This document shows, piece after piece, positions 20,366-29,371 of a stretch of 64,000 nucleotides of DNA. The notes beneath the pieces are model-generated. The model saw only the letters and a program-made list of their open reading frames with translations. It had not been told where the DNA came from and did no database searches. Source of the stretch: Acidobacteriota bacterium (GTDB lineage Bacteria; Acidobacteriota; Thermoanaerobaculia; UBA5066; Gp7-AA6); NCBI GenBank assembly GCA_020199905.1, contig JAIVJS010000075.1, positions 4,521-68,520 of the forward strand, read 5' to 3'. How positions within the stretch are numbered: position 1 is the stretch's first letter; every line of letters starts with the position of its first letter. The position numbers and the translations under genes were made by a program.

Positions 20366-20566
20366 CTACGGCGCACTCCAGCGCGCGAGAAATCGCGCGT
20401 GCGACGAGTAGCGGATGACCTCGCGCCGGGGGCTCGGCGGGCCCAGCTGCTCCGCGAAGCCCTTGTTGGATAGCTCCGGAAGCCTTTCGAGGTCGGGAGG
20501 GTCGATCCGGATTCCCCGGGGGCCTCGTACGATCTTGCTCCTTCGTTCCTGCATGGGACCTTTCAT
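20366..20566 (-). CDS. Small hypothetical protein divergent from xoxF
   Basis: MKGPMQERRSKIVRGPRGIRIDPPDLERLPEL...; preceded by a sigma54-like motif. Confidence 0.35.
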   Translation of the reverse strand: MKGPMQERRSKIVRGPRGIRIDPPDLERLPELSNKGFAEQLGPPSPRREVIRYSSHARFLARWSAP

Positions 20567-20614
20567 TCTAGTCCTAAAACGGGCACGGCGTCCCGCGGCT
20601 TGAGACAGGAGGAA

Positions 20615-20654
20615 GCAAGAGTCGGGCCGCGGATCCAAGCGGCAAAGTTTTTGC
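20615..20654. promoter_or_regulatory. Back-to-back sigma54 (-24/-12)-like promoters
   Basis: + strand cGGCAAAGTTTTTGCt (GG 20641, GC 20653); - strand cGGCCCGACTCTTGCt (20628-20615); both GG-N10-GC. Confidence 0.5.
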
Positions 20655-20672
20655 TGTTCGCGGCAAAGGGAA

Positions 20673-22568
20673 ATGAAAGACGCTCGATCGCAACGCCTCG
20701 GAAAGAGTGCGGAACGTCGTCGGCGCCGGCCGCGGTTCTCCGCGCTCCTGTTCCTTTTTCCCGTCACCGCGCTCCTCGCGGCGGCGGCCTGCAAAGGTCC
20801 CGCGCCTCCTGGAGGCGCGGGCGTCCCGGCGGCCGGTCCGGCGTCCGGGTCGGCTGGATCCATCCCCTTCCCGGAGCCCGACGAGTCCTCGTGGATCCGT
20901 CCGGCGAAGGACTTTTCGAGCAGTCGCTACAGCACGCTCGACCAGATCAAGTCCGACAACGTCGCGAATTTGAAGCTCGCGTTCACGTTTTCGACCGGCA
21001 TCAACAAGGGGCACGAAGCGGCGCCCCTCGTGGTCAACGGCACGATGTACATCGTCACGCCCTACCCGAATTACCTCTACGCGCTGGATCTGACCTCGCC
21101 GGGCGCGCCCGCGAAGTGGACCTATAAGCCGAAGACCATCCCGTCGGCCCAGGGGGTGGCATGCTGCGACGTGGTCAACCGCGGCGCCGTCTACGGGAAG
21201 GGGCGCATCTACTACAACACCCTCGACGACCAGACGGTCGCCGTGGACGCCGCGACGGGGCAGGAGGTCTGGCGCACCCGGGTCGGGGACATCAACCACG
21301 GCGAGTCGATCACGATGGCGCCGCTCCTCGTCAAAGGCAAGGTCCTCGTCGGAAACAGCGGCGGCGAGTTCGGCGTGAGAGGCTGGTTGACGGCGCTCGA
21401 CGAAGACACGGGCAAGGTCGCATGGCGCGCCTGGAGCACCGGGCCCGACAAGGACGTCCTGATCGGCTCCCGGTTCAAGCCTTTTTACGCCTCCGACCGC
21501 GGCGCCGACCTCGGAGTCTCGAGCTGGCCCGGCGACATGTGGAAGATCGGCGGAGGGACGGTGTGGGGCTGGATTTCCTATGACCCGCAGCTGAACCTGA
21601 TCTATTACGGAACGTCGAATCCGGGTCCGTGGAACCCGGACCAGCGGCCGGGCGACAACAAGTGGACGGCGGCGATCTTCGCGCGCGACCCCGACGACGG
21701 CCAGGCGGTGTGGGCCTACCAGTGGAGCCCGCACGACCTCTTCGACTACGACGGGGTCAACGAAAACGTGCTGGTCGATCTTCCGATCGGAGGCCGGACC
21801 CGCAAGACTCTCCTGAGGGCCGACCGCGACGGCTTTCTGTACGTGCTCGACCGCGAGACCGGGGAGATCATCTCCGCCACGCCGTTCGCCTACACCACGA
21901 CGCGGACGGGCGTCGATTTGAAGAGCGGCCGCCCGATCGAAGTCGCCGAGAAGACCCCGCACGTCGGCACGACGACGCGCGGGATCTGCCCCGCCGCGCC
22001 CGGGGGGAAGGACTGGCAGCCGTCCGCCTTCTCTCCGCGAACGGGCCTCCTCTACATCCCCCACAACAACCTCTGCCAGGACGAAGAGGGCGTTCAGGCG
22101 AACTACATCGAAGGAACCCCGTACGTCGGAGCGAACGTGAAGATGTACGCGGGGCCGGGCGGGCACCGGGGCGAGTTCACCGCGTGGGACCCGATCGCCG
22201 CGCGGCCCGTCTGGAAGATCAAGGAGAAGTTCCCGGCGTGGAGTGGCGCCCTGGCGACGGCCGGCGACGTCGTCTTCTACGGGACGATGGAGGGCTGGTT
22301 CCAGGCAGTGGACGCGCGGTCGGGCAAGCTCCTGTGGCGATTCAAGTGCGGCTCGGGAATCATCGGCCAGCCGATCACGTATCGCGGGCCGGACGGCAAG
22401 CAGTACGTCGCGATCCTGTCCGGCGTCGGGGGGTGGGCGGGCGCTATCGTCGCGAACAACCTCGACCCGCGCGACGGAACCGCGGCGTTGGGATTCGTCA
22501 ACGCCATGGGCGATCTCCCGACGGCGACGACCGCCGGCGGGATGCTGTACGTCTTCGCCCTGCCATGA
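20673..22568 (+). CDS. xoxF: Lanthanide-dependent PQQ methanol/alcohol dehydrogenase (XoxF type, probably XoxF3-like)
   Basis: CCDVVNRG vicinal Cys, GGEFGVRG, SNPGPWN, HDLFDYDGVNE (catalytic Asp plus Ln-binding Asp); lipoprotein-like signal; followed by xoxJ and xoxG. Confidence 0.88.
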   Translation: MKDARSQRLGKSAERRRRRPRFSALLFLFPVTALLAAAACKGPAPPGGAGVPAAGPASGSAGSIPFPEPDESSWIRPAKDFSSSRYSTLDQIKSDNVANLKLAFTFSTGINKGHEAAPLVVNGTMYIVTPYPNYLYALDLTSPGAPAKWTYKPKTIPSAQGVACCDVVNRGAVYGKGRIYYNTLDDQTVAVDAATGQEVWRTRVGDINHGESITMAPLLVKGKVLVGNSGGEFGVRGWLTALDEDTGKVAWRAWSTGPDKDVLIGSRFKPFYASDRGADLGVSSWPGDMWKIGGGTVWGWISYDPQLNLIYYGTSNPGPWNPDQRPGDNKWTAAIFARDPDDGQAVWAYQWSPHDLFDYDGVNENVLVDLPIGGRTRKTLLRADRDGFLYVLDRETGEIISATPFAYTTTRTGVDLKSGRPIEVAEKTPHVGTTTRGICPAAPGGKDWQPSAFSPRTGLLYIPHNNLCQDEEGVQANYIEGTPYVGANVKMYAGPGGHRGEFTAWDPIAARPVWKIKEKFPAWSGALATAGDVVFYGTMEGWFQAVDARSGKLLWRFKCGSGIIGQPITYRGPDGKQYVAILSGVGGWAGAIVANNLDPRDGTAALGFVNAMGDLPTATTAGGMLYVFALP

Positions 22569-23455
22569 CGATCCGTCGCGTCACCCCTCTTCTCTTCGCG
22601 CTCCTCCTCGGAGCCATCGCCACGCCCGCGATCGGATTTGAGCTACGTGTCTGCGCCGACCCGAACAACCTGCCCTTCTCGAACGACCGGCTCCACGGGT
22701 TCGAGAACAGGATTGCGTCCGTGCTCGCCCGCGAGATGGGAACGACCGTCCGATACACGTGGTGGGCGCAGCGACGCGGGTTCGTGCGCAACACGCTGAA
22801 GGCGGGCTTGTGCGACGTCGTCCTCGGGGTCCCGGCGGGGCTCGAGTCGGTGCTGGCCACGCGCCCGTATTACCGGTCGACCTACGTCTGGGTGTCGCGG
22901 CGCTCGCGCGAGGCTCCCGTGACGTCCTTCGACGACCCCCGCCTCGCCCGGAAAAAGATCGGCGTCCAGCTCGTCGGCGACGATTATGCGAACACGCCCC
23001 CGGCGCACGCTCTCATGCGACGGGGCCTCATCGGCAACGTGGTCGGGTTCACGCTGTACGGCGACTACTCGAAGCCCAATCCCCCCGCCCGGATTCTCGA
23101 GGCGGTGGCGGCCGGCGAGGTGGACGTCGCGCTCGTCTGGGGGCCACTCGCGGGCTACTTCGCCAGCCGCAGCGGAGGCGCGCTCCGGATCGTACCGGCT
23201 GCGCCGCCGGCCGATCTCCCGGATTTCCCTTTCGCCTTCGACATCGCGATGGGAGTCCGGCGAGGCGACAAGGACTTCAAGACCCGGCTCGATCTCGCGC
23301 TCCTTCGCCGGCGCGCGGAAATCGACCGGATTCTCGATTCGTACGGGGTTCCGCGCGTCAGGACCGCGCCCGCGCCGCGCGCCGACGTGGCAGGGCGGGC
23401 GGCAGGCGCCGACGTGGCGGCGCGGGGGCTCGCGTCCGCGGAGGCCGGGCGATGA
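22565..23455 (+). CDS. xoxJ: XoxJ/MoxJ-family periplasmic binding protein
   Basis: LRVCADPNNLPFSN...GFEN, TRPYYRSTY, WGPLAGY; ATG overlaps the xoxF stop. Confidence 0.9.
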   Translation: MTIRRVTPLLFALLLGAIATPAIGFELRVCADPNNLPFSNDRLHGFENRIASVLAREMGTTVRYTWWAQRRGFVRNTLKAGLCDVVLGVPAGLESVLATRPYYRSTYVWVSRRSREAPVTSFDDPRLARKKIGVQLVGDDYANTPPAHALMRRGLIGNVVGFTLYGDYSKPNPPARILEAVAAGEVDVALVWGPLAGYFASRSGGALRIVPAAPPADLPDFPFAFDIAMGVRRGDKDFKTRLDLALLRRRAEIDRILDSYGVPRVRTAPAPRADVAGRAAGADVAARGLASAEAGR

Positions 23456-23967
23456 GAAGCAAACGGGCAGGCCGGCAGCTTCTCGTTTGCGCTGCCCTGG
23501 CGGTCCTGCCGGTCGGGTGCGACAAGCTCTCGAACTCCCTGCACCAGCCGCCCTCCGCGACCGTGCGCACCGACGCGATCGCCGTGTCCGCGCTCGAGCC
23601 CGGCGCGCGGATGCCCGGGATCGTGCACAAGAACCCGCTCGAGGGAAATCCATTCGCCATCTCCGAGGGGCAGCGGCTCTACGACTGGTACAACTGCTCC
23701 GGCTGCCACTTCCGCGGCGGAGGCGGCATCGGTCCGCCCCTGATGGACGAGTTCTGGATCTACGGCGGCAATCCCGCGAACATCTATACGACGATCGTCG
23801 AGGGGCGCCCGAACGGCATGCCCGCTTTCCGGGGAAAGATCCCCGACTATCAGCTCTGGCAGATCGTCGCCTACGTCCAGAGCATGCGCGCCGACAAGCC
23901 GATCGCGTCTCCGCCGGGTCCGCGGGAGGACCACCTGCAGGCCTCGGAAGGCAAGGAGTCGCGGTGA
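23452..23967 (+). CDS. xoxG: Lipoprotein cytochrome c, XoxG-like
   Basis: LPVGC lipobox, NCSGCH, GGIGPPLMD...GRPNGMPAF. Confidence 0.82.
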   Translation: MRSKRAGRQLLVCAALAVLPVGCDKLSNSLHQPPSATVRTDAIAVSALEPGARMPGIVHKNPLEGNPFAISEGQRLYDWYNCSGCHFRGGGGIGPPLMDEFWIYGGNPANIYTTIVEGRPNGMPAFRGKIPDYQLWQIVAYVQSMRADKPIASPPGPREDHLQASEGKESR

Positions 23968-24965
23968 GCCGGCGGAGCGGCCTGCCGGCCGCGGCCGCGG
24001 CCCTCCTCTGCGCGGCTCTCTCCGGGTGCCGGGGAATCCAGTCGTCTCTCGACCCCGCCGGCCGCGAGGCCGCGAAGATTTCCGGGCTCTGGTGGCTCTT
24101 CTTCTACGTCTGCACGGCCGTGTTCGTCCTCGTGCTCGCCTTTCTCTTCTACGGGGTCTTCCGGCGGCGTTCGGAAGACGCGCTTGGGGCGCGGGAGCGC
24201 GGCAAGACCTACGTCGCAATCGGCGCGGGCGCGACCGCGGCGATCCTCCTCCTGTTCCTGGTCGTCAGCGTTTCCGCGGGGCGGGAGATCGCGGAGCCCG
24301 CGGGACCCGACGCGCTCAAGGTGCAGGTGATCGGACACCAATGGTGGTGGGAGGTCCGGTATCCAGCGTCCCCCGCGAACCGGACGGTCGTCACCGCGAA
24401 CGAGATCCACGTGCCGGTTGGACGGCCCGTTTTCCTGGAGCTTCTCTCGGGCGACGTGATCCACAGCTTCTGGGCGCCGAACCTCCACGGGAAAAAGGAC
24501 CTCATCCCCGGGCGGATCAACAGCCACGCGTTCACCGCGAAGAAGGCCGGCGTGTTCCGAGGGCAGTGCGCCGAGTTCTGCGGCCTCCAGCATGCCCACA
24601 TGGCCTTCACGATTTTCGCGGAGACGCCGGAGCGCTACTCGGCGTGGTACGAGAAGCAGCTCGCGCCCGCCGCGGAGCCTTCGACCCCGTCGCAGGAGAG
24701 GGGACGGCAGGTCTTCGTCTCCAATTCCTGCGTCTTCTGCCATGCGATCCAGGGCACGCCCGCGTTCGGGCAGGTCGCGCCTGACCTCACGCACGTCGGC
24801 GGGCGCGGGACGCTCGCCGCCGGCAGCGTCGCGAACAATCCGGGAAACCTGGCCGGCTGGATCGCCGACCCGCAGAGCATCAAGCCCGGCAACCACATGC
24901 CGCCGATGCTGATGGCACCCGAAGACCTGCTCGCGGTGACCGACTACCTGGAGAGCTTGAAGTGA
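23964..24965 (+). CDS. coxB: Cytochrome c oxidase subunit II with fused cytochrome c (caa3 type)
   Basis: GHQWWW, DVIHSFW, CAEFCGLQHAHM CuA site, CVFCH heme c. Confidence 0.95.
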   Translation: MSRRSGLPAAAAALLCAALSGCRGIQSSLDPAGREAAKISGLWWLFFYVCTAVFVLVLAFLFYGVFRRRSEDALGARERGKTYVAIGAGATAAILLLFLVVSVSAGREIAEPAGPDALKVQVIGHQWWWEVRYPASPANRTVVTANEIHVPVGRPVFLELLSGDVIHSFWAPNLHGKKDLIPGRINSHAFTAKKAGVFRGQCAEFCGLQHAHMAFTIFAETPERYSAWYEKQLAPAAEPSTPSQERGRQVFVSNSCVFCHAIQGTPAFGQVAPDLTHVGGRGTLAAGSVANNPGNLAGWIADPQSIKPGNHMPPMLMAPEDLLAVTDYLESLK

Positions 24966-26926
24966 AGACGTCCCGGGAGCCCGTCCGGAAGCCGCCCGCG
25001 GCCCCCGAGCCCGCGCCGCTGCCCGCCGCCCTTCCCGAAGCCGAGCTTCCGGCTCACGAGCGCGAAGAGCTGCGCCGCGCCTTCGAGACCCAGCGCGGTT
25101 TCTTCGGCTCCCTGAAGTCCGTCGACCACAAGGTGATCGGGAAGCGCTACGTGATCACCGCGCTCGTCTTCTTTGTCCTGGGCGGCATCGAAGCGATGAC
25201 GATGCGGCTGCAGCTCGCAAAGCCCGAAAACAGCCTTCTGGGCCCGGACCTGTACAACCAGGTCTTCACGATGCACGGCACGACGATGATGTTTCTGTTT
25301 GCCGTGCCGGTGATGGAAGGGCTCGCCGTCTACTTCGTCCCGCTCATGGTGGGCACCAGGAACGTCGCGTTCCCGAAGCTGAACGCCTTCGGGTACTGGA
25401 TCTATGTCCTCGGCGGCGCGTTCGTCTACGGCGGGTTCTTCTTAAACCGCGGCAACGACACGGGCTGGTTCTCCTACGTCCCGCTCTCCGGCCCGCAGTA
25501 CGCGCCGTCTCATCGCGTCGACATCTGGGCGAACATGATCACCTTCACGGAGGTGTCCGCGCTCGCGGTGGCGATCGAGATCATCGTCACGGCGTTCAAA
25601 CAGCGGGCGCCCGGCATGTCGCTGAATCGCATCCCGCTCTTCGTCTGGTCGGTCATAACGACGAATTTCATGGTCATCTTCGCCATGCCGGCCGTCATGC
25701 TCGCGAGCGGGTACCTCGCTCTCGACCGCCTCGTCGGTACCCACTTCTTCAACCCCGCCGAGGGCGGCGACCCGCTCCTGTATCAGCACCTCTTCTGGTT
25801 CTTCGGCCATCCCGAGGTCTACATCATTTTCATCCCCGCGCTCGGGATGGTCTCGACGATCCTGGCCGCCTCGACGAAGCGCCCGATCTTCGGCTACACC
25901 GCGCTCGTGCTCTCGGTGGTGGCGACGGCGTTCCTGGGCTTCGGCCTGTGGGTTCACCACATGTTCGCGACCGGGCTGCCGCAGCTCGGCGAGAGCTTCT
26001 TCACGGTGGCCAGCATGATGATCGCGATACCGAGCGGGGTGCAGATCTTCTGCTGGATACGATCGCTCTGGGGAAGCCGGCCGCGCATGACGACCCCGTT
26101 CCTGTTCGTGCTCGGCTTCTTCTTCATCTTCATCGCGGGAGGGATGACAGGGGTGATGCTCGCCTCCGTTCCCTTCAACCTCCAGGTGCACGACACGTTT
26201 TTCGTGGTGGCGCACTTCCACTACGTGCTGATCGGCGGCGCGGTCTTCCCGCTCTTTGGCGCGCTCACGTTCTGGTTTCCGAAGCTCACCGGCCGGCTGC
26301 TTTCGGAGACTCTCGGCCGCTGGACGTTTGCGGTGATGTTCGTCGGATTCAACCTAACGTTCGGCCCGATGCACTGGCTTGGCTTCCGCGGGATGCCGCG
26401 ACGCGTCTACACGTACCTGCCCGAGATGGGGTGGGGACCCGCTAATCTCGCGGCGACCATCGGGGCGGGAATGCTCGGAGTCGGCGTGCTCCTCTTCCTG
26501 ATCAACGCGGCCCGGAGCCTCCGGAGCGGCGAGGCGGCCGGCAACAATCCGTGGGGCGCGAGCACGCTCGAATGGGCGACGAGCTCGCCTCCGCCGCCCT
26601 ACAATTTCGAGCGGATCCTGGTTGTCTCGAACCGCGACCCGCTCTGGAAGCCGGAGGAGATGGCCGTTGTCACCGGGATGCGGACGGACCGCCGCGAGGT
26701 TTTGACGACCCGGCCGCTCGATGCGGAGCCGGACCACCGCGCCGTGCTCGTCGGCCCCTCGATCTGGCCGCTCTTCCTCGCGTTCGCCCTGGCGGTCGGC
26801 CTCGTAGGCTCGGTCTTCACCCCCTGGGCAATCCTCCTCAGCGGGTTCCTGTTCTTAGTCGCGATGATCGGGTGGTACTGGCCCAAGGGAGAGCCCTCCG
26901 GCCACAACGCGAGGACGGCGTCATGA
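24962..26926 (+). CDS. coxA: Heme-copper oxidase subunit I (A-family-like)
   Basis: FTMHG, FFGHPEVY, WVHHMF, AHFHY, GMPRR. Confidence 0.96.
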   Translation: MKTSREPVRKPPAAPEPAPLPAALPEAELPAHEREELRRAFETQRGFFGSLKSVDHKVIGKRYVITALVFFVLGGIEAMTMRLQLAKPENSLLGPDLYNQVFTMHGTTMMFLFAVPVMEGLAVYFVPLMVGTRNVAFPKLNAFGYWIYVLGGAFVYGGFFLNRGNDTGWFSYVPLSGPQYAPSHRVDIWANMITFTEVSALAVAIEIIVTAFKQRAPGMSLNRIPLFVWSVITTNFMVIFAMPAVMLASGYLALDRLVGTHFFNPAEGGDPLLYQHLFWFFGHPEVYIIFIPALGMVSTILAASTKRPIFGYTALVLSVVATAFLGFGLWVHHMFATGLPQLGESFFTVASMMIAIPSGVQIFCWIRSLWGSRPRMTTPFLFVLGFFFIFIAGGMTGVMLASVPFNLQVHDTFFVVAHFHYVLIGGAVFPLFGALTFWFPKLTGRLLSETLGRWTFAVMFVGFNLTFGPMHWLGFRGMPRRVYTYLPEMGWGPANLAATIGAGMLGVGVLLFLINAARSLRSGEAAGNNPWGASTLEWATSSPPPPYNFERILVVSNRDPLWKPEEMAVVTGMRTDRREVLTTRPLDAEPDHRAVLVGPSIWPLFLAFALAVGLVGSVFTPWAILLSGFLFLVAMIGWYWPKGEPSGHNARTAS

Positions 26927-27540
26927 GCTCGCGCCGAACGGTGGACGTCTCGCGCTTGCCCGATATCACGCTCGACTCGGGCGCGCTCTTCTGGTGGGCG
27001 ACGGCCGGACTCATCGCGATCGAGGCGATGAGCTTCGCGATCATCATCGCCACCTTCATCTACCTGCGAATGACGGTGACGGACTGGCCACCCCCGACGC
27101 TCCCGCCGCCGGACCTCAGGTGGGGAATCGCGGGCCTGGTGGTCCTCGTCATCAGCTGCGTGCCCATCCGCATGGCGGAGAAGATCGCCGGACGGGGCCG
27201 GCCGGAAGAGGACAGGCGCCGGATCGCCGCTCTCATCCGAGTGTTCCTCCTCATCGCGGCGGTCGCCGTCGCGATCCGCCTCCTCGAATTTCCGGGCACG
27301 CACTGCAAGTGGAACAACAGCGCGTACGGCTCGGTCATCTGGACCACGCTCGGCATCCACCTGCTCGAAGCTCTCGCGGGATTCGCCGAGTTCGCCGTCG
27401 TGGCAGCGGTCCTCGTCGGCAGCCACGCCGAAGAGAAACACCTCCTAGACGTGCGCGCCTGCGCGCTTTTCTGGTACTTCATCGTCGCCGTCTGGATCCC
27501 GCTCTTCGGAATGATCTACGTCTTTCCGAGGCTCTCGTGA
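26923..27540 (+). CDS. coxC: Cytochrome c oxidase subunit III-like protein
   Basis: IAIEAMSF, WPP, AYGSVIW...GIH, FWYFIVAVWIPLF. Confidence 0.85.
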   Translation: MSSRRTVDVSRLPDITLDSGALFWWATAGLIAIEAMSFAIIIATFIYLRMTVTDWPPPTLPPPDLRWGIAGLVVLVISCVPIRMAEKIAGRGRPEEDRRRIAALIRVFLLIAAVAVAIRLLEFPGTHCKWNNSAYGSVIWTTLGIHLLEALAGFAEFAVVAAVLVGSHAEEKHLLDVRACALFWYFIVAVWIPLFGMIYVFPRLS

Positions 27541-27920
27541 CCGAGCGCGCGATCGCCGGCGGCGAAGCTCCTCCCGAAGCGTCGGCGGACCGGAGCCTAT
27601 GGTTCGGCATTGTCGCGCCGCCGCTCGCGTGGGCGGCCAACGAGCTCGCCGGGCTCCTCCTTCCCGACTGGGTCTGCAAGAGCGGCCACCGGTGGGTTCT
27701 CCACGCGATCACCGCGGCCGCTCTCGCGATCGCCGTTCTGGCCGGAGCGATGGCGAGCCGGTCGGCCCGGCCTTCCGAGGAGGACGCCGGCGACCCGGAG
27801 GGCCCGATCGCGAAGCGCCGGCGTTTCATGAGCCAGCTGGCCGTCATGAGCGCGCTCTTCTTCTCGCTCGTGATTGTCGCGGGAGCGGTGCCGGGCGCGA
27901 TCCACCGACCCTGCGACTGA
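27537..27920 (+). CDS. Hypothetical three-TM membrane protein of the cox cluster
   Basis: WFGIVAPPLAW...WVC...C-terminal PCD; GTG overlaps the coxC stop. Confidence 0.7.
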   Translation: MTERAIAGGEAPPEASADRSLWFGIVAPPLAWAANELAGLLLPDWVCKSGHRWVLHAITAAALAIAVLAGAMASRSARPSEEDAGDPEGPIAKRRRFMSQLAVMSALFFSLVIVAGAVPGAIHRPCD

Positions 27921-27925
27921 CCCCC

Positions 27926-28936
27926 ATGCGCTCATCGGGCCTCGCGGACCTTCTCGCTGCCGGAGGGTGGACGTTCGATCCGGCCGTCGTCGCGCTTCTC
28001 GCGGCCTCGGGGTTCCTTTACGCGCGCGGGCTGCGTCGCCTCTGGGGCCGGGCGGGCGCGGGGGCGGGCATCTCGGTGCGTCAGGCGGCGGCGTTCGTCG
28101 GCGGCTGGGCTGCGCTCGCGGTCGCGCTCGTCTCGCCTCTGCACGCGGCCGGCGAAATCCTGTTCTCCGCCCACATGGTGCAGCACGAGCTGCTTATGCT
28201 GGTCGCCGCGCCCTTGTGCGTGATGGGACGCCCGCTGTCCGTCTTTCTCTGGGCCTTTCCCGCCGGCGCGCGCGAGGCGATCGGGGAAGCGTCGAGGGCC
28301 CGGGGGATCTCCGCCGCCTGGACGGCCGTCACGCGCCCGCTGCCCGCCTTTCTCCTCCAGAGCCTCACTCTCTGGATCTGGCATCTGCCCGCGCTCTACC
28401 AGGCGTCCCTCCGATCGGATTTCGCGCACGCCCTGCAGCACGGCAGCTTCTTCGCCGCGTCCACGGTCTTCTGGTGGGCGCTCCTTCAGGGACGGTTCGG
28501 CCGGCAGGGCTACGGAGCCGCCGCAATCGCCGTTTTCGCGACAACCCTCGAAGGCGGGGTGCTCGGCGCGCTGATCACGTTTGCCCGCTCGCTCTGGTAC
28601 CCGATCTACGAAGCGCGCACCGCGGCATGGGGGCTCTCTCCGCTCGAAGACCAGCAGCTCGCCGGGATCCTGATGTGGGTGCCGGCCGGCCTTCTCCTGG
28701 TGGGGTTCGGCCTCGCACTTTTCGCCGCCTGGCTCGGCGAGGCGGAACGGCGGGAAGGGCGTCCCGGGAGCGGATGCGAACGTCGGACCGCCGCTCGACA
28801 ACATCGCCTCCCGCGTCTACCTCGCCGGAAACCTGACGAACGAGCCCGCGCACATGATCGCGTGGATCCGCGATCCCCAGCATCTGCACGCGCCGACCGC
28901 CATGCCGAATTCCGGAGTGACGGCGCGGGACGCTAG
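27926..28936 (+). CDS. ctaG: CtaG-type caa3 oxidase assembly factor, C-terminus altered by deletion
   Basis: SPLH, SAHMVQHELL, WHLP, QH, DQQLAGILMWVP; last ~60 aa are out-of-frame read-through. Confidence 0.85.
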   Translation: MRSSGLADLLAAGGWTFDPAVVALLAASGFLYARGLRRLWGRAGAGAGISVRQAAAFVGGWAALAVALVSPLHAAGEILFSAHMVQHELLMLVAAPLCVMGRPLSVFLWAFPAGAREAIGEASRARGISAAWTAVTRPLPAFLLQSLTLWIWHLPALYQASLRSDFAHALQHGSFFAASTVFWWALLQGRFGRQGYGAAAIAVFATTLEGGVLGALITFARSLWYPIYEARTAAWGLSPLEDQQLAGILMWVPAGLLLVGFGLALFAAWLGEAERREGRPGSGCERRTAARQHRLPRLPRRKPDERARAHDRVDPRSPASARADRHAEFRSDGAGR

Positions 28937-28970
28937 GGACATCGCTGCGTACCTCTACACGCTCAAATGA
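28758..28970 (+). pseudogene. Cytochrome c C-terminal remnant lacking start and CxxCH
   Basis: Alternative frame GVPGADANVGPPLDNIASRVYLAGNLTNEP..MIAWIRDPQ..TAMPNSGV..DARDIAAYLYTLK*. Confidence 0.8.
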
Positions 28971-29371
28971 CGGGGGCTCCCCGGCGTCCCGCGCGAGCGG
29001 CGGCCGCCCTCCTGGCTCTTGCCGCCGCCTGCCGGGCTCCGGCGGACCGGGTCCGCGATATCCGGATCTTCGCCGCTTCCTGGGCGGAGACCGTCCGCAC
29101 CACCGCCGCCGCCCGCGCCGCGGGACAGGTCCCCCGGGTGTTCGCCCGCGACACCTTCCGCGCAGCGGTGGAAGAGCTCGAAGACGCGAGGAAGAAGCTG
29201 GCGAAGCTCGCGAAAAAAAGCCCGGAAGCGGCGGAGGCCTCCCGCGCGGCGGGAAGGGCGGCCGCCGCCGTCCGATCGATCGCGGCCGGGTCCGACTCCT
29301 CGGACGTCTCGGCCGCCTCTGCCGCGCTCGCCGCTGACGCCGCTCTCCTGCGCGGAGGAGCGCGCCCGTGA
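28967..29371 (+). CDS. Hypothetical helical lipoprotein
   Basis: LAAAC lipobox; translationally coupled on both sides. Confidence 0.7.
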   Translation: MTGAPRRPARAAAALLALAAACRAPADRVRDIRIFAASWAETVRTTAAARAAGQVPRVFARDTFRAAVEELEDARKKLAKLAKKSPEAAEASRAAGRAAAAVRSIAAGSDSSDVSAASAALAADAALLRGGARP

